Assembly (NCBI GenBank): GCA_963843575.1
Contig: CAWJKZ010000019.1
Span: forward strand, 192,001 to 256,000
DNA: 64,000 bases
DNA from: an uncultured Acidobacteriota bacterium
GTDB taxonomy: Bacteria > Acidobacteriota > UBA6911
Direction of reading: 5' to 3'
The notes beneath the pieces are model-generated. The model saw only the letters and a list, made by a program, of their open reading frames with translations, ran no database searches and had not been told where the DNA came from. The position numbers and the translations under genes were made by a program. Shown in pieces: positions 1-9,103 of this stretch. Position 1 is the stretch's first letter; each line of letters starts with the position of its first letter.

Positions 1-183
1 AAACGGGTATGGTCGCTGGATGTCCTGAAGTGCGATCGTTGCGGCGGGCGGATGCGGGTCGTGTGCGCGAAGCATCCTCCTGATGCGATCCCCAGCATCC
101 TGGACTGCCTCGGCCTGCCTGCGAGGGCACCGCCGGTTGCACGGGCAGCATCAATCATGGATGAGCCGCCTATTGATTGGTAG
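1..183 (+). mobile_element. C-terminal end of IS91/ISCR-like (Y2, rolling-circle) transposase, 5'-truncated by the window edge
   Basis: Frame 1 from base 1 reads KRVWSLDVLKCDRCGGRMRVVCAKHPPDAIPSILDCLGLPARAPPVARA...W* (TAG 181-183). This matches the RVF.ID.L.CxxCGGRMR...IL..LGLP..PP tail of IS91-family transposases. Not in the ORF track because it has no start. Confidence 0.75.
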
Positions 184-674
184 ACGGAAGCAGGAGACAG
201 CTTGTCTTCTTCCGGTAGAAGGAGGTGCGTGCACCAAGTCCGCATCTCCTTCCGCCATTATGGAATATAATCAAAACGAAGCGAGATTTTCGGGGGCGCC
301 GGCCCGGAAGTTGACGTGATCCCCCCATATCAGAAGCAGGGCGGCGACGCGGCGAGCGGCATCCCTCCAAGGCGTGGTCACTCAAACGGCAGCTTATTTC
401 ACCTACTTATTCGTGAGGCCGCCTCCGGATACCGTCAAAGTTCAGCTGACATACCGCGGCTTGAAGCCGGAGCACGATGCCCGTGCTCCCGGATGGCTGC
501 CCTCCCGTGCAGCCGTGCGGCGCACAACGAGGCCTTATTCATCCGACCCGGAACTTGAGGTAACGCCGTGTGTCCAACAAAAACCTGGGCGTACAAACGC
601 AGGATCAGTTGTGCAGAAGATCGCAAGAAGATTCCGAGGCTCATGGCCAATACAAACGTTGGGGCAGCGCGATG

Positions 675-872
675 TCACGCGCTGATGTGTTCGTAGGAGA
701 ACGCGGGGATTTCGGTGCGCTCCCGTGCGTGCTCGATGGTTATGGCGCAGATGTTTCCATGGCCGTCCAAGTCGAGGACAGTGTTCTCATCGAGGTCTCT
801 CGTCTCTACGACCTCGCCGGGGCGGAACTCTATGTACAGGGTGTCGGTGTCCTCGAAATACTTGATCTTCAT
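675..872 (-). CDS. DUF2283-family small protein (putative antitoxin)
   Basis: 65 aa MKIKYFEDTDTLYIEF...LDLDGHGNICAITIEHA matches the DUF2283 pattern; ATGA overlap with the upstream gene. Confidence 0.85.
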   Translation of the reverse strand: MKIKYFEDTDTLYIEFRPGEVVETRDLDENTVLDLDGHGNICAITIEHARERTEIPAFSYEHISA

Positions 873-1104
873 GGCTCAAAGGACCAGTCAAAAAAAGCAT
901 TGTGCAGAGTTTCGCCATCGGGGAGCAAGATCACTCGGAGGTATCTGCCTTCCATGTCCGCAATCGGCGCCCACATCCGGATGCGGCCATCGTCCTGTGT
1001 CAGCGATCGCACAGGCTGCCGGATGACAGACTCGATCCATTCAAGTTTGATACTCTGCCGGTCGGCCGTTGTCGCATCGCGGAAAAGTATCGGGTGAATT
1101 TCAT
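869..1104 (-). CDS. DUF4258/BrnT-RelE-like putative toxin (one frameshift near 1063)
   Basis: ATG at 1104 gives MKFTRYFSAMRQRP. Adding one G continues into DRQSIKLEWIESVIRQP...DGRIRMWAPI...RYLRVILLPDGETLHNAFFD. This is the usual partner of DUF2283. Confidence 0.7.
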
Positions 1105-1258
1105 AGGCATTCGACCAGGTACAGCCTCCAAGCCGGCCGCCGCGGAGACCGGATACGGCCACCTGCGCCTGCAGCTTCAGGGCGAGCTCTGGAGCTGACA
1201 TAGGACCCAGCCGGGTCGCCTCGCCCCGTCGCTCTCGGACCTGCCTCCCGAGCGCCAC

Positions 1259-2539
1259 CTATATCCCGGCGGCGTCGTGCCGGTCGACGAGTTGGATAGG
1301 GGCGATGATCTGCATAACCTTCTTGCCCCAGGCATCGAGGGCTTCGCGCTTCTCGTCGAGGTATTCATACTGGTTGTAGACGGCGCTCGTGACGTCCGTC
1401 TGCTTGTGATTCAAGATGCGAGCGATAACGTGGCCGGGAACCCTCATCTGTCCAAGGCGCGTTGCACAGGTGCGACGGAGATCGTGCGCGGAAAAAGGAT
1501 CGAGCTTGAGTTCCTGTACCACGCGCGGAATCACATTTCGTAGATAGGTGACCGGCCCGGCCGAACGCCTGGCGATCACTCTATTCGGGAAGACATAGAT
1601 CGATTCGGGCGTTTTTTGTCGCCGCTCTTCACGCCTCTCGGTCTGCGCCTGTAACACTTCGTCCTGCTTTTCAAACACGCGCACAGCCTGTGGACTCAGT
1701 GGGACGATATTCGACAATCCGTTTTTCGTGCGCGATCCCGGGATCGTCCAAAGAGCCTCGCGTAAATCGACCTCGCTCCAGCGCGCGCCCATAACTTCGC
1801 CGGGACGCTGGCCCGTAAGCAGGATGAGTTGCAGAACTCCCCGGATGAAGGCGTCCTCGGTTTCCAGCGCATTCCAGAAGGCTTTGATCTCCTGATCCGC
1901 CAGGACTCGCTCTTTCGGCCTTTCTTTGCCGCCCGGGCGGGACATGCCGGCTGCGGGGTTGGCTTCGAGGTCAATCAGTTCTTTGTTCATCGCCCAATTG
2001 AGTAATTTTCGCAAGCAGGCGTGAGTGCGGTTCGCCGCCACGGGCGCCTTGACCGCAAGGATGCGCAGGAAGGAACGGACGTGGGACCGGCTGATATCAC
2101 GAACGTTGATACTGCCAAACTCGGGGTTAAGGCGCTTGTCGATTATGCGTTCGTCCTCCCGCCAACTGCGCTTGTTTGGTTTCGCGTACTCTTCGAGGTA
2201 CTGGCGGGCCAGCTGCGAAAACATTCTTGCTTCGGTCCGCTCTTTCAGCGCCTTCGCCTCTTCCGCCTTCTTCTCCTGCACAGGATCTCTTCCCTTGCGG
2301 ACGAGTTCGAAGGCAGCTCTCGCCATGTCGCGGGCCTTGGCGAGCGAGAGCTTTGGGTACACTCCAAGCGTGTGGCGCCTTTGCTTGCCGCCGATCCGGT
2401 ACATGATGCAGAACGTCTTTTCACCGTTGGGCGTTATGCGCACGCCGAACGCGGGAAGCGACTTGTCCCAGTACTCTGCGCGGCGTTGGCCTGGTCTGAG
2501 GCTCTGGATCTTCTTGTCGGTGAGATTTTGGGTTGGCAT
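1259..2539 (-). CDS. int: Tyrosine recombinase/integrase, P4-like with N-terminal arm-DNA-binding domain
   Basis: N-terminal LTDKKIQSL...WD...FGVRITPNGEKTF...LGVYP.LSLA.AR arm domain. Catalytic R (TGQRPGE), K (RTKNG), HxxR (HDLRRT), H (LNH) and Y (VYN) are all present. Likely start MPTQNL at 2539. Confidence 0.95.
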   Translation of the reverse strand: MPTQNLTDKKIQSLRPGQRRAEYWDKSLPAFGVRITPNGEKTFCIMYRIGGKQRRHTLGVYPKLSLAKARDMARAAFELVRKGRDPVQEKKAEEAKALKERTEARMFSQLARQYLEEYAKPNKRSWREDERIIDKRLNPEFGSINVRDISRSHVRSFLRILAVKAPVAANRTHACLRKLLNWAMNKELIDLEANPAAGMSRPGGKERPKERVLADQEIKAFWNALETEDAFIRGVLQLILLTGQRPGEVMGARWSEVDLREALWTIPGSRTKNGLSNIVPLSPQAVRVFEKQDEVLQAQTERREERRQKTPESIYVFPNRVIARRSAGPVTYLRNVIPRVVQELKLDPFSAHDLRRTCATRLGQMRVPGHVIARILNHKQTDVTSAVYNQYEYLDEKREALDAWGKKVMQIIAPIQLVDRHDAAGI

Positions 2540-2701
2540 GACGATCTCATTCTGGGGTAACACCGGGGTAACAGCAAGCTGAAACTTCTATAAACAAACA
2601 TCCTAAACCGGACCGAACAGAATGATGCGGCTAGAACCCAGCATCGACAAGCTTGATACAACAGCTGCTTACATTTATGGAAAACACAAATTTGTTCGCT
2701 C

Positions 2702-2727
2702 GGGTGTCGGTGGGTGTCGGTGAGTGC
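2702..2727 (+). repeat. Tandem direct repeats GGGTGTCGGT x2 plus degenerate GAGTGC; candidate integrase arm-type sites
   Basis: cGGGTGTCGGT-GGGTGTCGGT-GAGTGC lies between the int start and the att core. Confidence 0.55.
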
Positions 2728-2738
2728 CTTATTGTCGG

Positions 2739-2785
2739 GACTCATAATCAGCGGGTCGCAGGTTCGAGTCCTGCTGGGCCCACCA
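2739..2785 (+). mobile_element. att site: 3' fragment of a CAT-anticodon tRNA (probably tRNA-Ile2), anticodon loop through CCA
   Basis: GACTCATAATCAGCGGGTCGCAGGTTCGAGTCCTGCTGGGCCCACCA contains the anticodon loop CTCATAA, the T-arm GCAGG-TTCGAGT-CCTGC and the acceptor 3' strand plus CCA. Upstream sequence gives no D-arm or acceptor 5' strand and pairs with only 2 bp of the anticodon stem. Confidence 0.85.
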
Positions 2786-3049
2786 CAAAACAAAAGACTT
2801 ACAGGAAATCAAGAGAACGCCGAAACGCCCATAGGTAAGCGCATAGGTAGCAGCTGCAATCCGTTGTGACCGTACTTTTCCTGTCATGTAGGCGTCTCGA
2901 CTCAGGGGTTTCTGCGCGCCCTGATTTAAGCCTGACTTCGGTGCGGACTACACAAGCCCACGCTTCGCCTCCGGCATGGGATCGTTCTGTGTGAGCCTCG
3001 GCACTGGGCCGGGCTGCCGATTCAGCACATCTCCGTATCGTGCTACCAG

Positions 3050-4385
3050 TCATTTCAATTTCGGCAACGGTGGCCGTCGCATCTTCTGCCCGCTCCTGAG
3101 GCGGGCCCAGTATCCCCGCGGTGGAGCTGGAATGTTCAGGATCCGGCAGACCTTCCCGATCCTGACGCCGGAGACGCCGTATGACGCGGCGACCCGCAAC
3201 ACCGGCTCGGACCACACCTCCTGATACAGCTTCTCGCGATCGTATCGCCAACTCAAGCTCTGTTGGGCGGCCCTGCGCTTCTCGGCCTCGCTCACCTGAG
3301 GCTTGATGACCTGGAGCGCGAGCATGCGCTCTCGTATGGGTTTTGCCCGTGTCAGCTCTTCGAGAGTGCCGCGATCGCAGATCTCGGGCTTTCCCAGGAG
3401 ACGCATCACGGTCCTGAAATCGTAATCGCTTCATTAGGGACCGACGGAGTCGGGCCAGCTTCTCGGAGTCGGTCTCCTGCCAGCAAACTCCGCATTGCAG
3501 TGTGGCTTCCAGTGCGGACGTGCCCCCGCCATGGTGGAACGGGCTCGGTGCAATGAGGAGCAGGTGCAGTTGCAGGATGGAGGTAAGGTCCCGAGGCGGA
3601 CAGATGGCCGCGAGGTACTGAACGACGTGCTCGTATTTTGCACTTTGGTAGAGGTCGCCGAAATCGTCGCACGCGGGATCCGGGTCCAGTCTCTCGAGCA
3701 TTCGCAAATCGCCATCGTGGACAGCGAGCTCAATGGCCGTCCAGCCAATGGACTGATCGTCCTCGCGGGACCGTCTGCGGAGGTCAGGGACAGACGTATG
3801 GGGATCGGCACCCGCCCAGAGGCATAGGGCTATTCCCCTCTCGTTACCTTCCCGGATGTGCGCACCGAGAGCAATGTCGAGCTCCCGCTGAATCCGTGGG
3901 TCCTCCAGCCTGTGGCGCTTCGCGAACCCATACAGCGGCCTGTTTGAGGTACCGAAGCCCAACATCGAGGCCATTGCGTGGTTACGCGTCAAATCGTGTC
4001 CGGCAGTGTAATACCGCTCGTAAAGCTCGGTGCTGTAGGTGTCAAGAACGACGTAGGTGCTGACGCTTTTCAGGTCCGCCCCCCACTCCAGCAGGAGCTC
4101 GAAGAGATCCCAACGGCGGCTTTTGAGGGCGATGTCGAGTGAGGAGGGCTCCAGCTCCAGCTGGTAACCGTTGCGCAACAGCAGCAGGGCAAGGGAGTGC
4201 TGTCCTGTTTCGAGCGCTATACGGAGAGCGGATGTCGGTTGTCGGCCCTTCGGGGTTGCCACGGGATCGAGCTGCAGTGGCTTGCCTTGCTGGATCCACT
4301 GCTCCACGTCGTAAACCCTGCCGTTCCGGCATAGGAGGTGCAGTTCCTTAAGCTTCTCCTGGAAACAGGCAAGAGAGCGTTTCAT
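3050..4385 (-). CDS. Ankyrin-repeat-like protein with C-terminal 'LYxEVW...PPRGYW' HTH-like domain (frameshift near 3425)
   Basis: ORF 2799-4481 carries ankyrin-like motifs (SALRIALETGQHSLALLLLRNG, LDIALKSRRWDLFELLLEWGAD, LWAGADP, WTAIELAV) and then degenerates. ORF 3050-3409 supplies the real C-terminus REKLYQEVWSEPVLRVAASYGVS...LNIPAPPRGYWA. Confidence 0.7.
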
Positions 4386-4464
4386 GGGCGGCGATGCCGG
4401 ACACTCTTCGACCATTCCCCGTCCCGCCTTTTGGATTGGTAAGCCACTGGGATCACCTCCGAGT

Positions 4465-4650
4465 TCATTCCTGTGCTGCATTGATGGGGAACCGCGCCTT
4501 CAGGGCCTGAAGGTCGCGACGGACCGTGCGGGTGCTGCATGCGAAATCGTATTGCAGGGAGCGAGCGAGTTCTTCAAGAGTAGCGCTTCGGGGTTTCTCA
4601 AAGGCCTGCAACAAAAACCACTAGCGAGTTACCCGGTCGTTGCGGGGCAT
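4465..4650 (-). pseudogene. Truncated N-terminal HTH of a WYL-domain (YafY/PafBC-like) regulator
   Basis: Hand translation: MPRNDRVTR*WFLLQAFEKPRSATLEELARSLQYDFACSTRTVRRDLQALKARFPI. It has the classic RTVRRDL..L HTH_11 motif, an in-frame TAG at 4621-4623 and no downstream WYL domain. Confidence 0.7.
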
Positions 4651-4859
4651 ACGCGCCATCCGATCCTGTAGTCGAATCAGCAGACTAATACCACAGCGCG
4701 GGCCTTCCCACTGGAATGCAGGGGCCGCGGTTACCGTACTTCAATCAAATAGCCCTTTTCAACGACGATCAATTGTTGCGGTTTGAGCGCCACTCGGTCG
4801 GCGCGTTTTCGGTCCTAGACGGGCAAACGGGGCGGTGTTCTCAATCGGAGGCCGCACGA

Positions 4860-4875
4860 TGGCACCGCGATTGCA
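4860..4875 (+). promoter_or_regulatory. sigma54 (-24/-12) promoter
   Basis: TGGCAC-CGCGA-TTGCA is an exact match to TGGCAC-N5-TTGCA, ending 38 bp before the ATG at 4913, which has an AGGAGG RBS. Confidence 0.75.
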
Positions 4876-4912
4876 TCCGAATGGTATGATCAAAAAAAGT
4901 GCAGGAGGATCT

Positions 4913-5743
4913 ATGAAATCGGCAAAATACATTCTGTTAGCAGCGGCCCTGCTGGTTCCTCTGTGGAACGCCGGGGCACAGGACAGGGACTGGCGCGACC
5001 GCGATAACCGGCGAACGGACAGGCTCGAGGACATAGCGAGGGACCTGGCCGCCCGCGCCGATTCCGTCTGGAAAATGGTCCAGAGCCGGAATCCCCGCAA
5101 CGAGGACAGGAACGATCTCTACACGGCATTCCGCAACTTCGCAAGCAACGCGCGCAACTACGCCTCGCGCGTGAACACTTCGAACAGCGACACCTACAAG
5201 CTAGGAGCCGGGCAGCTGGTTCGGGAAGCTGAGAACATCGGAAAACTCGTCGACCGGTTTCAGAACATGTACCGTGTACAGGACCAGTGGAATGACGTGA
5301 AGATCCAGGTCGACCGGTTGAGCCGGTTCTACGGCATCCCGTACTCTGAGAGCCGGAACCTGGCGAAGACGGATCCCTACAACAGGGGAAATGGGGCGGA
5401 TGGCGGGTTCGGCCGCGACCGCGATTACCGGGGCGGAGGATCCGGCTACCAGTCCGGCGTCTTCCGGTGGCGCGGCCGTGTCGACGGCTCGGATTACATC
5501 TATCTTAGAGGCAACCGGGTCGACATCCGGCACCTGCAGGCCCAGCCGATCACGAACAGCTCCTACGACCTGCCGTCGCCGCTTCCAAGAACTCCGGCAA
5601 AAGTGCAGCTCCGGACATTGCGGGGGCGCGGCCGTGTGCAGCTCACACAGCAGCCGACGCCTGCAAACGGCTATGCGGCCGGAGTCCTGATCGAGGATAA
5701 CGACGCCGGCGCAGATTACTACGAATTCGAACTCTCGTGGTAG
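4913..5743 (+). CDS. Secreted hypothetical protein (helical N-domain plus C-terminal W.GRVDG...GRG.V...QQP...N.Y...I.D...GA..Y domain)
   Basis: Signal peptide MKSAKYILLAAALLVPLWNAGA; strong RBS at 4903-4908. Confidence 0.85.
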   Translation: MKSAKYILLAAALLVPLWNAGAQDRDWRDRDNRRTDRLEDIARDLAARADSVWKMVQSRNPRNEDRNDLYTAFRNFASNARNYASRVNTSNSDTYKLGAGQLVREAENIGKLVDRFQNMYRVQDQWNDVKIQVDRLSRFYGIPYSESRNLAKTDPYNRGNGADGGFGRDRDYRGGGSGYQSGVFRWRGRVDGSDYIYLRGNRVDIRHLQAQPITNSSYDLPSPLPRTPAKVQLRTLRGRGRVQLTQQPTPANGYAAGVLIEDNDAGADYYEFELSW

Positions 5744-5929
5744 AAAGGTAAACAGGCAAGAGGTGTCATAGCTTGACAATTGTTGACAGCCGAACCGGTC
5801 CATCCCCAACCCGATACTAAAGGCGGTCGACAAGGAACTTCGCAAGCTCGTAGCCGTCTCGCGAAACTACAGGAACAGTACAGATCCGAGTTGTTACCAC
5901 ATTTATTACCACATTAATGTGGGTGATGC

Positions 5930-6982
5930 TCATTTACGTCCAACGTGGCGCCATTTGGCATCCCGGCCCCGGCCGAGCACCTCGAGACGGCCATCTTTGC
6001 GCCATCGATTCAGGACTACGCGGATCATGTCCCGGCTCACGTTCGGACATAACCGCTCAACGTCCGCGATTCCGAAGGGGCTCTGCAGATTTTCGAGGGC
6101 GTAAGCTATCAGCTCGGCTTTGGATCCGCGGGCAGGCCTCTGTCGGCCCGCTCGATCTTCAAATTCCCGATAGGCGAGGCGCAGCGTGGAAAGGAAGTAA
6201 TTGAACCATGGCAGGACATCATGCTTTCCCTCATGCCAGCCGCCGGAACTGATTTTGAGAGTCTCGTAGTAGCTCTCTTTTGTCTGCTCGACCAGACGTT
6301 CCAGGCTCACATAGCGGCCGACATCGTAGCCCTGCTGATAAAGCGCCAGCAGAGTCAAAAGGCGCGACACACGGCCGTTCCCGTCGCGAAATGGATGGAC
6401 GCAAAGGAAGTCAAGCACAAGCCCCGAGATTGCCAGAAAGGCTACAACTTCGCGCTGGTCCAATGCCGCGCGGTAGCCGAGGCACAGTTCCTCCATGGCT
6501 GAAGGCACAAGTTTTGGGGATACAGGGCGGAATCTGATCTCGCGCCGGCCATTGGGCAGGATCTCAATGATCTCGTTTTGCGTTTCTTTCCACCGCCCGG
6601 CGTCACCGCTTGTTCCTCCCTGGGCGAAGGCATGGAGACGGAGAACCGTTTCGGGATTGATCTGGATTTTCTCGTGATTTGTGTGGATCCAGCTGAGCGC
6701 CCTGCGGTAGCCGACGATCTCCTCTTCGGAACGATCGCGCGGCCGGCTTTTGCCGAGCACCAACGGCCGGAGTCGGGCGCGCTCCACCGTAATCCCTTCA
6801 ATCCGGTTCGAGGATTCCGCGCTCTCAATCAGGGCCATTTCCCGCAAGGCTTCGAGCAGTTGGGGGGACTGGGCCTGATAAAGCCCCTGTTTTCCTCTTG
6901 CCTCAGCCAACGACTCCAGCAGCCAAACGGTGCCCTGTGGGAGCGATAATTTACCGAGATGATTGTGGCGGAACGACATCAT
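5930..6982 (-). CDS. Fic family protein with C-terminal winged helix
   Basis: Canonical Fic motif HPFRDGNGRVSR; N-terminal ESAESSNRIEG inhibitory-type motif. Confidence 0.93.
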   Translation of the reverse strand: MMSFRHNHLGKLSLPQGTVWLLESLAEARGKQGLYQAQSPQLLEALREMALIESAESSNRIEGITVERARLRPLVLGKSRPRDRSEEEIVGYRRALSWIHTNHEKIQINPETVLRLHAFAQGGTSGDAGRWKETQNEIIEILPNGRREIRFRPVSPKLVPSAMEELCLGYRAALDQREVVAFLAISGLVLDFLCVHPFRDGNGRVSRLLTLLALYQQGYDVGRYVSLERLVEQTKESYYETLKISSGGWHEGKHDVLPWFNYFLSTLRLAYREFEDRAGRQRPARGSKAELIAYALENLQSPFGIADVERLCPNVSRDMIRVVLNRWRKDGRLEVLGRGRDAKWRHVGRK

Positions 6983-7043
6983 AGGATATATGCCTCACGA
7001 TTTAACCCGGATTGTATTTTCCGTAAATGGTTTGTCAAGCGTG

Positions 7044-7280
7044 TTAGCGATTGGTGAGGAATGCGTTCCAGGCACTTTCATGAGCAAGGTCCGCCGCATG
7101 AGCGAGAGAGGCGTGAATGTCGTCTTTGGTCAGTTGCGGGTAGTGATCCAAGATCTCCGCCTCCGTCACGCCCTCGGCCAAGCCGTCCAAGGATCACGGC
7201 GATTGCACTGCGGGTGTCGCGGATGCAGGCCTTCCGCCGCATACATCAGGCTTGGAGGTGATCCTTGCCGTTAGATCCGG
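7044..7280 (-). pseudogene. DUF433-family (VapB-like antitoxin) remnant with frameshifts
   Basis: Hand translation across frames: RITSKPDVCGG/PCIRDTR...VIL/DGLAEGVTEAEILDHYPQLTKDDIHASLAHAA. Start not confidently located. Confidence 0.7.
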
Positions 7281-7312
7281 TCCCTTCACTCTTGTTCATC
7301 TCCGTCGGCTTT

Positions 7313-7560
7313 TCAGCCTGCGGCGGCCTTGGGATCTAGGAACGCCGACGAAATCGACAACCTTCTGCTGCCGGCACTGCTGCCGGCGCAGATGTTGCCG
7401 CCGCTGTCCGGGTCGACCATCGTGTTCCGAACGAGGTCTTTTCTCTCGACCGCCTTGACCTGGCTGAACTCGATGTAAAGCGTGTCGGTGTCCTCGAAGT
7501 ATTTTATCTTCATGGCTCCAAGGACCAGTCACAGAACGCATTGTGCATCCTTTTGCCTGG
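7313..7560 (-). pseudogene. Degenerate second copy of the DUF2283 gene plus the 3' end of its toxin partner
   Basis: MKIKYFEDTDTLYIEF is identical to 675-872. DNA at 7511-7546 (catggctccaaggaccagtcacagaacgcattgtgca) matches 870-906. The C-terminus is scrambled. Confidence 0.75.
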
Positions 7561-7789
7561 CGGGAGCAAGATGGTCCCGTGAAATGAAGAACACGCTGGA
7601 ATGGACCCGATTCATTCCTTTGTGATTCAGGATCTGGCAATGGCGTGCTCGGGCGTCCAACGCACGAGAATTCAGTGAATAACGTTCCCCGTTACAGCTC
7701 GACGAAGGGGGGCAAAGCACGGAAGGCACTCTGCGTGCTCGTTGGCGGGACGGTGCTCGTCCTCAAGAAGCACTATACCGGACCCGGCG

Positions 7790-8015
7790 AACAGCGAGTT
7801 GGGGTTTTTCGGAGGGTTGACTCTCGAGGAGACGGCGGAAGTCTTGCAGGTTTCTCCCGACACCGTCTACCGCGACCTGGAGGTTGGCCAAGGTCTGGCT
7901 CTTCACAGAACTCAAGGGTGGGGCGAAGCCATGCATCCCGACCGCTGGCGGCAGGTGGAAAGCATCTGGAACGCGGCGCTGGAGCGCCGGCCGGAGGAGC
8001 GCGCTGCGTTCGTGG
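7790..8015 (+). pseudogene. Junction remnant of an ECF sigma factor (region 4) and the N-terminus of a Ser/Thr kinase
   Basis: ELGFFGGLTLEETAEVLQVSPDTVYRD/WRLAKVWLFTEL is followed at 7931 by MHPDRWRQVESIWNAALERRPEERAAFV, the typical ECF-STK gene junction. Both genes are truncated. Confidence 0.75.
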
Positions 8016-8279
8016 AAGTGGCTGCTCTACTGCGGCGGATTCCCAACTTCCGACATCATGCCGATCGACGGCTTTCGCTGATCCAGTCGTCGGGTGCCGC
8101 ATGTGGTGACCCAACGCCGGTCGATTTCATCGCCGGAGGCAGCTTCTCCACAACCGGAGGAGCACGATGGAGCGCAGGGAACGCTCTATTGCGGTGTCAC
8201 GGCCGGCTTGCTATGTTTGATGTGATCCATGGCTTACTATCAGTGACACATGGGAACAACGCACCCGGAGGAATCCCGG

Positions 8280-8507
8280 ATGAAGAAGCTTACGATCAGG
8301 CAGGTCAGAGAATCGCTGGGCAAGCTGGATGAACTGCTGGCCAAGGAGGGCGAAATGGCGATCACACGACGCGGAGACGAGATCGCGCGCGTCGTTCCGG
8401 TCGGGGGCAGGAAAGCGATGCCCTCGCACGCGGCGCTGCGCAGGAGCATGCCGCGTCTGCGACGGGGCAGCGAACGGCTGATTCGTGAAGATCGAGACGG
8501 GCGATGA
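8280..8507 (+). CDS. Phd/YefM-family antitoxin
   Basis: MKKLTIRQVRESLGKL...EMAITRRGDEIARVVP...LIREDRDGR; ATGA coupling to the PIN gene. Confidence 0.85.
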   Translation: MKKLTIRQVRESLGKLDELLAKEGEMAITRRGDEIARVVPVGGRKAMPSHAALRRSMPRLRRGSERLIREDRDGR

Positions 8508-8964
8508 ACGAAATCATCTATTTCGACACGAGTGCGCTGGCCAAATGGTATCTCAACGAGCCCCGTTCCGAGGACGTCGAGGCATTCATCCAGGAACGAG
8601 GCCCGGTAGCATTAGCGATCTTACTGTTGTTGAAATGCGTTGCCTGCTGTCCCGCCGCCGCAGGGAAGGGCACTTCAATCACGGCACCGAGCTGAAGGTT
8701 TTTGCGACCTTTCAGGATGAAGTGCGGCAGGGGATTCTGCTCTCTCAACCGATCACGCAAGGGATCGCTGCGGCCGCGTTGAACCTGCTGTCCATGGTGC
8801 CGGGCGTGCCGCTTCGCACGCTGGATGCCTTCCACTTGGCAATTGCCCGCGAGATTCAGGCGTCATTAATTGCCACGGCGGATCGCGTGATGATCGCGGC
8901 CGCTGTAGCTCTGGGCATGGGCGTGGCCCGATTCGACGGAATGCCCGCCAAACGCCGGCGCTGA
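8504..8964 (+). CDS. vapC: VapC PIN-domain toxin (frameshift near 8608)
   Basis: IYFDTSALAKWYLNEPRS (8504 frame) joins ISDLTVVEMRCLL...LRTLDAFHLAIA...IATADRVM (8485 frame). PIN acidic residues are present. Confidence 0.85.
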
Positions 8965-9103
8965 CTCGTGCCCCGGGAATGCATCGCGGATCTGAACCGG
9001 CACGCACTCATCGGCTAAGCGTCGGAGTCACCGCCCCAGCGGATCTCAACGTTACCCATCTTCTTTTCTACGGTCCTCCCGGACGGAGCGCTTGGCGATT
9101 CTC

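Noticed and set aside
2710-2785. Complete tRNA-Met/Ile2 gene
   Set aside because: No acceptor 5' strand or D-arm, and the anticodon stem does not pair; only the 3' 47 bp are tRNA-like.
2799-3420. C-terminal third of the 560-aa ORF 2799-4481
   Set aside because: Out-of-frame read-through after a frameshift; the real C-terminus is in ORF 3050-3409.
4621-4623. In-frame TAG as pyrrolysine or readthrough
   Set aside because: It lies in a truncated WYL relic at a probable CAG-to-TAG change; no pyl genes, and the MttB has no amber codon at the expected site.
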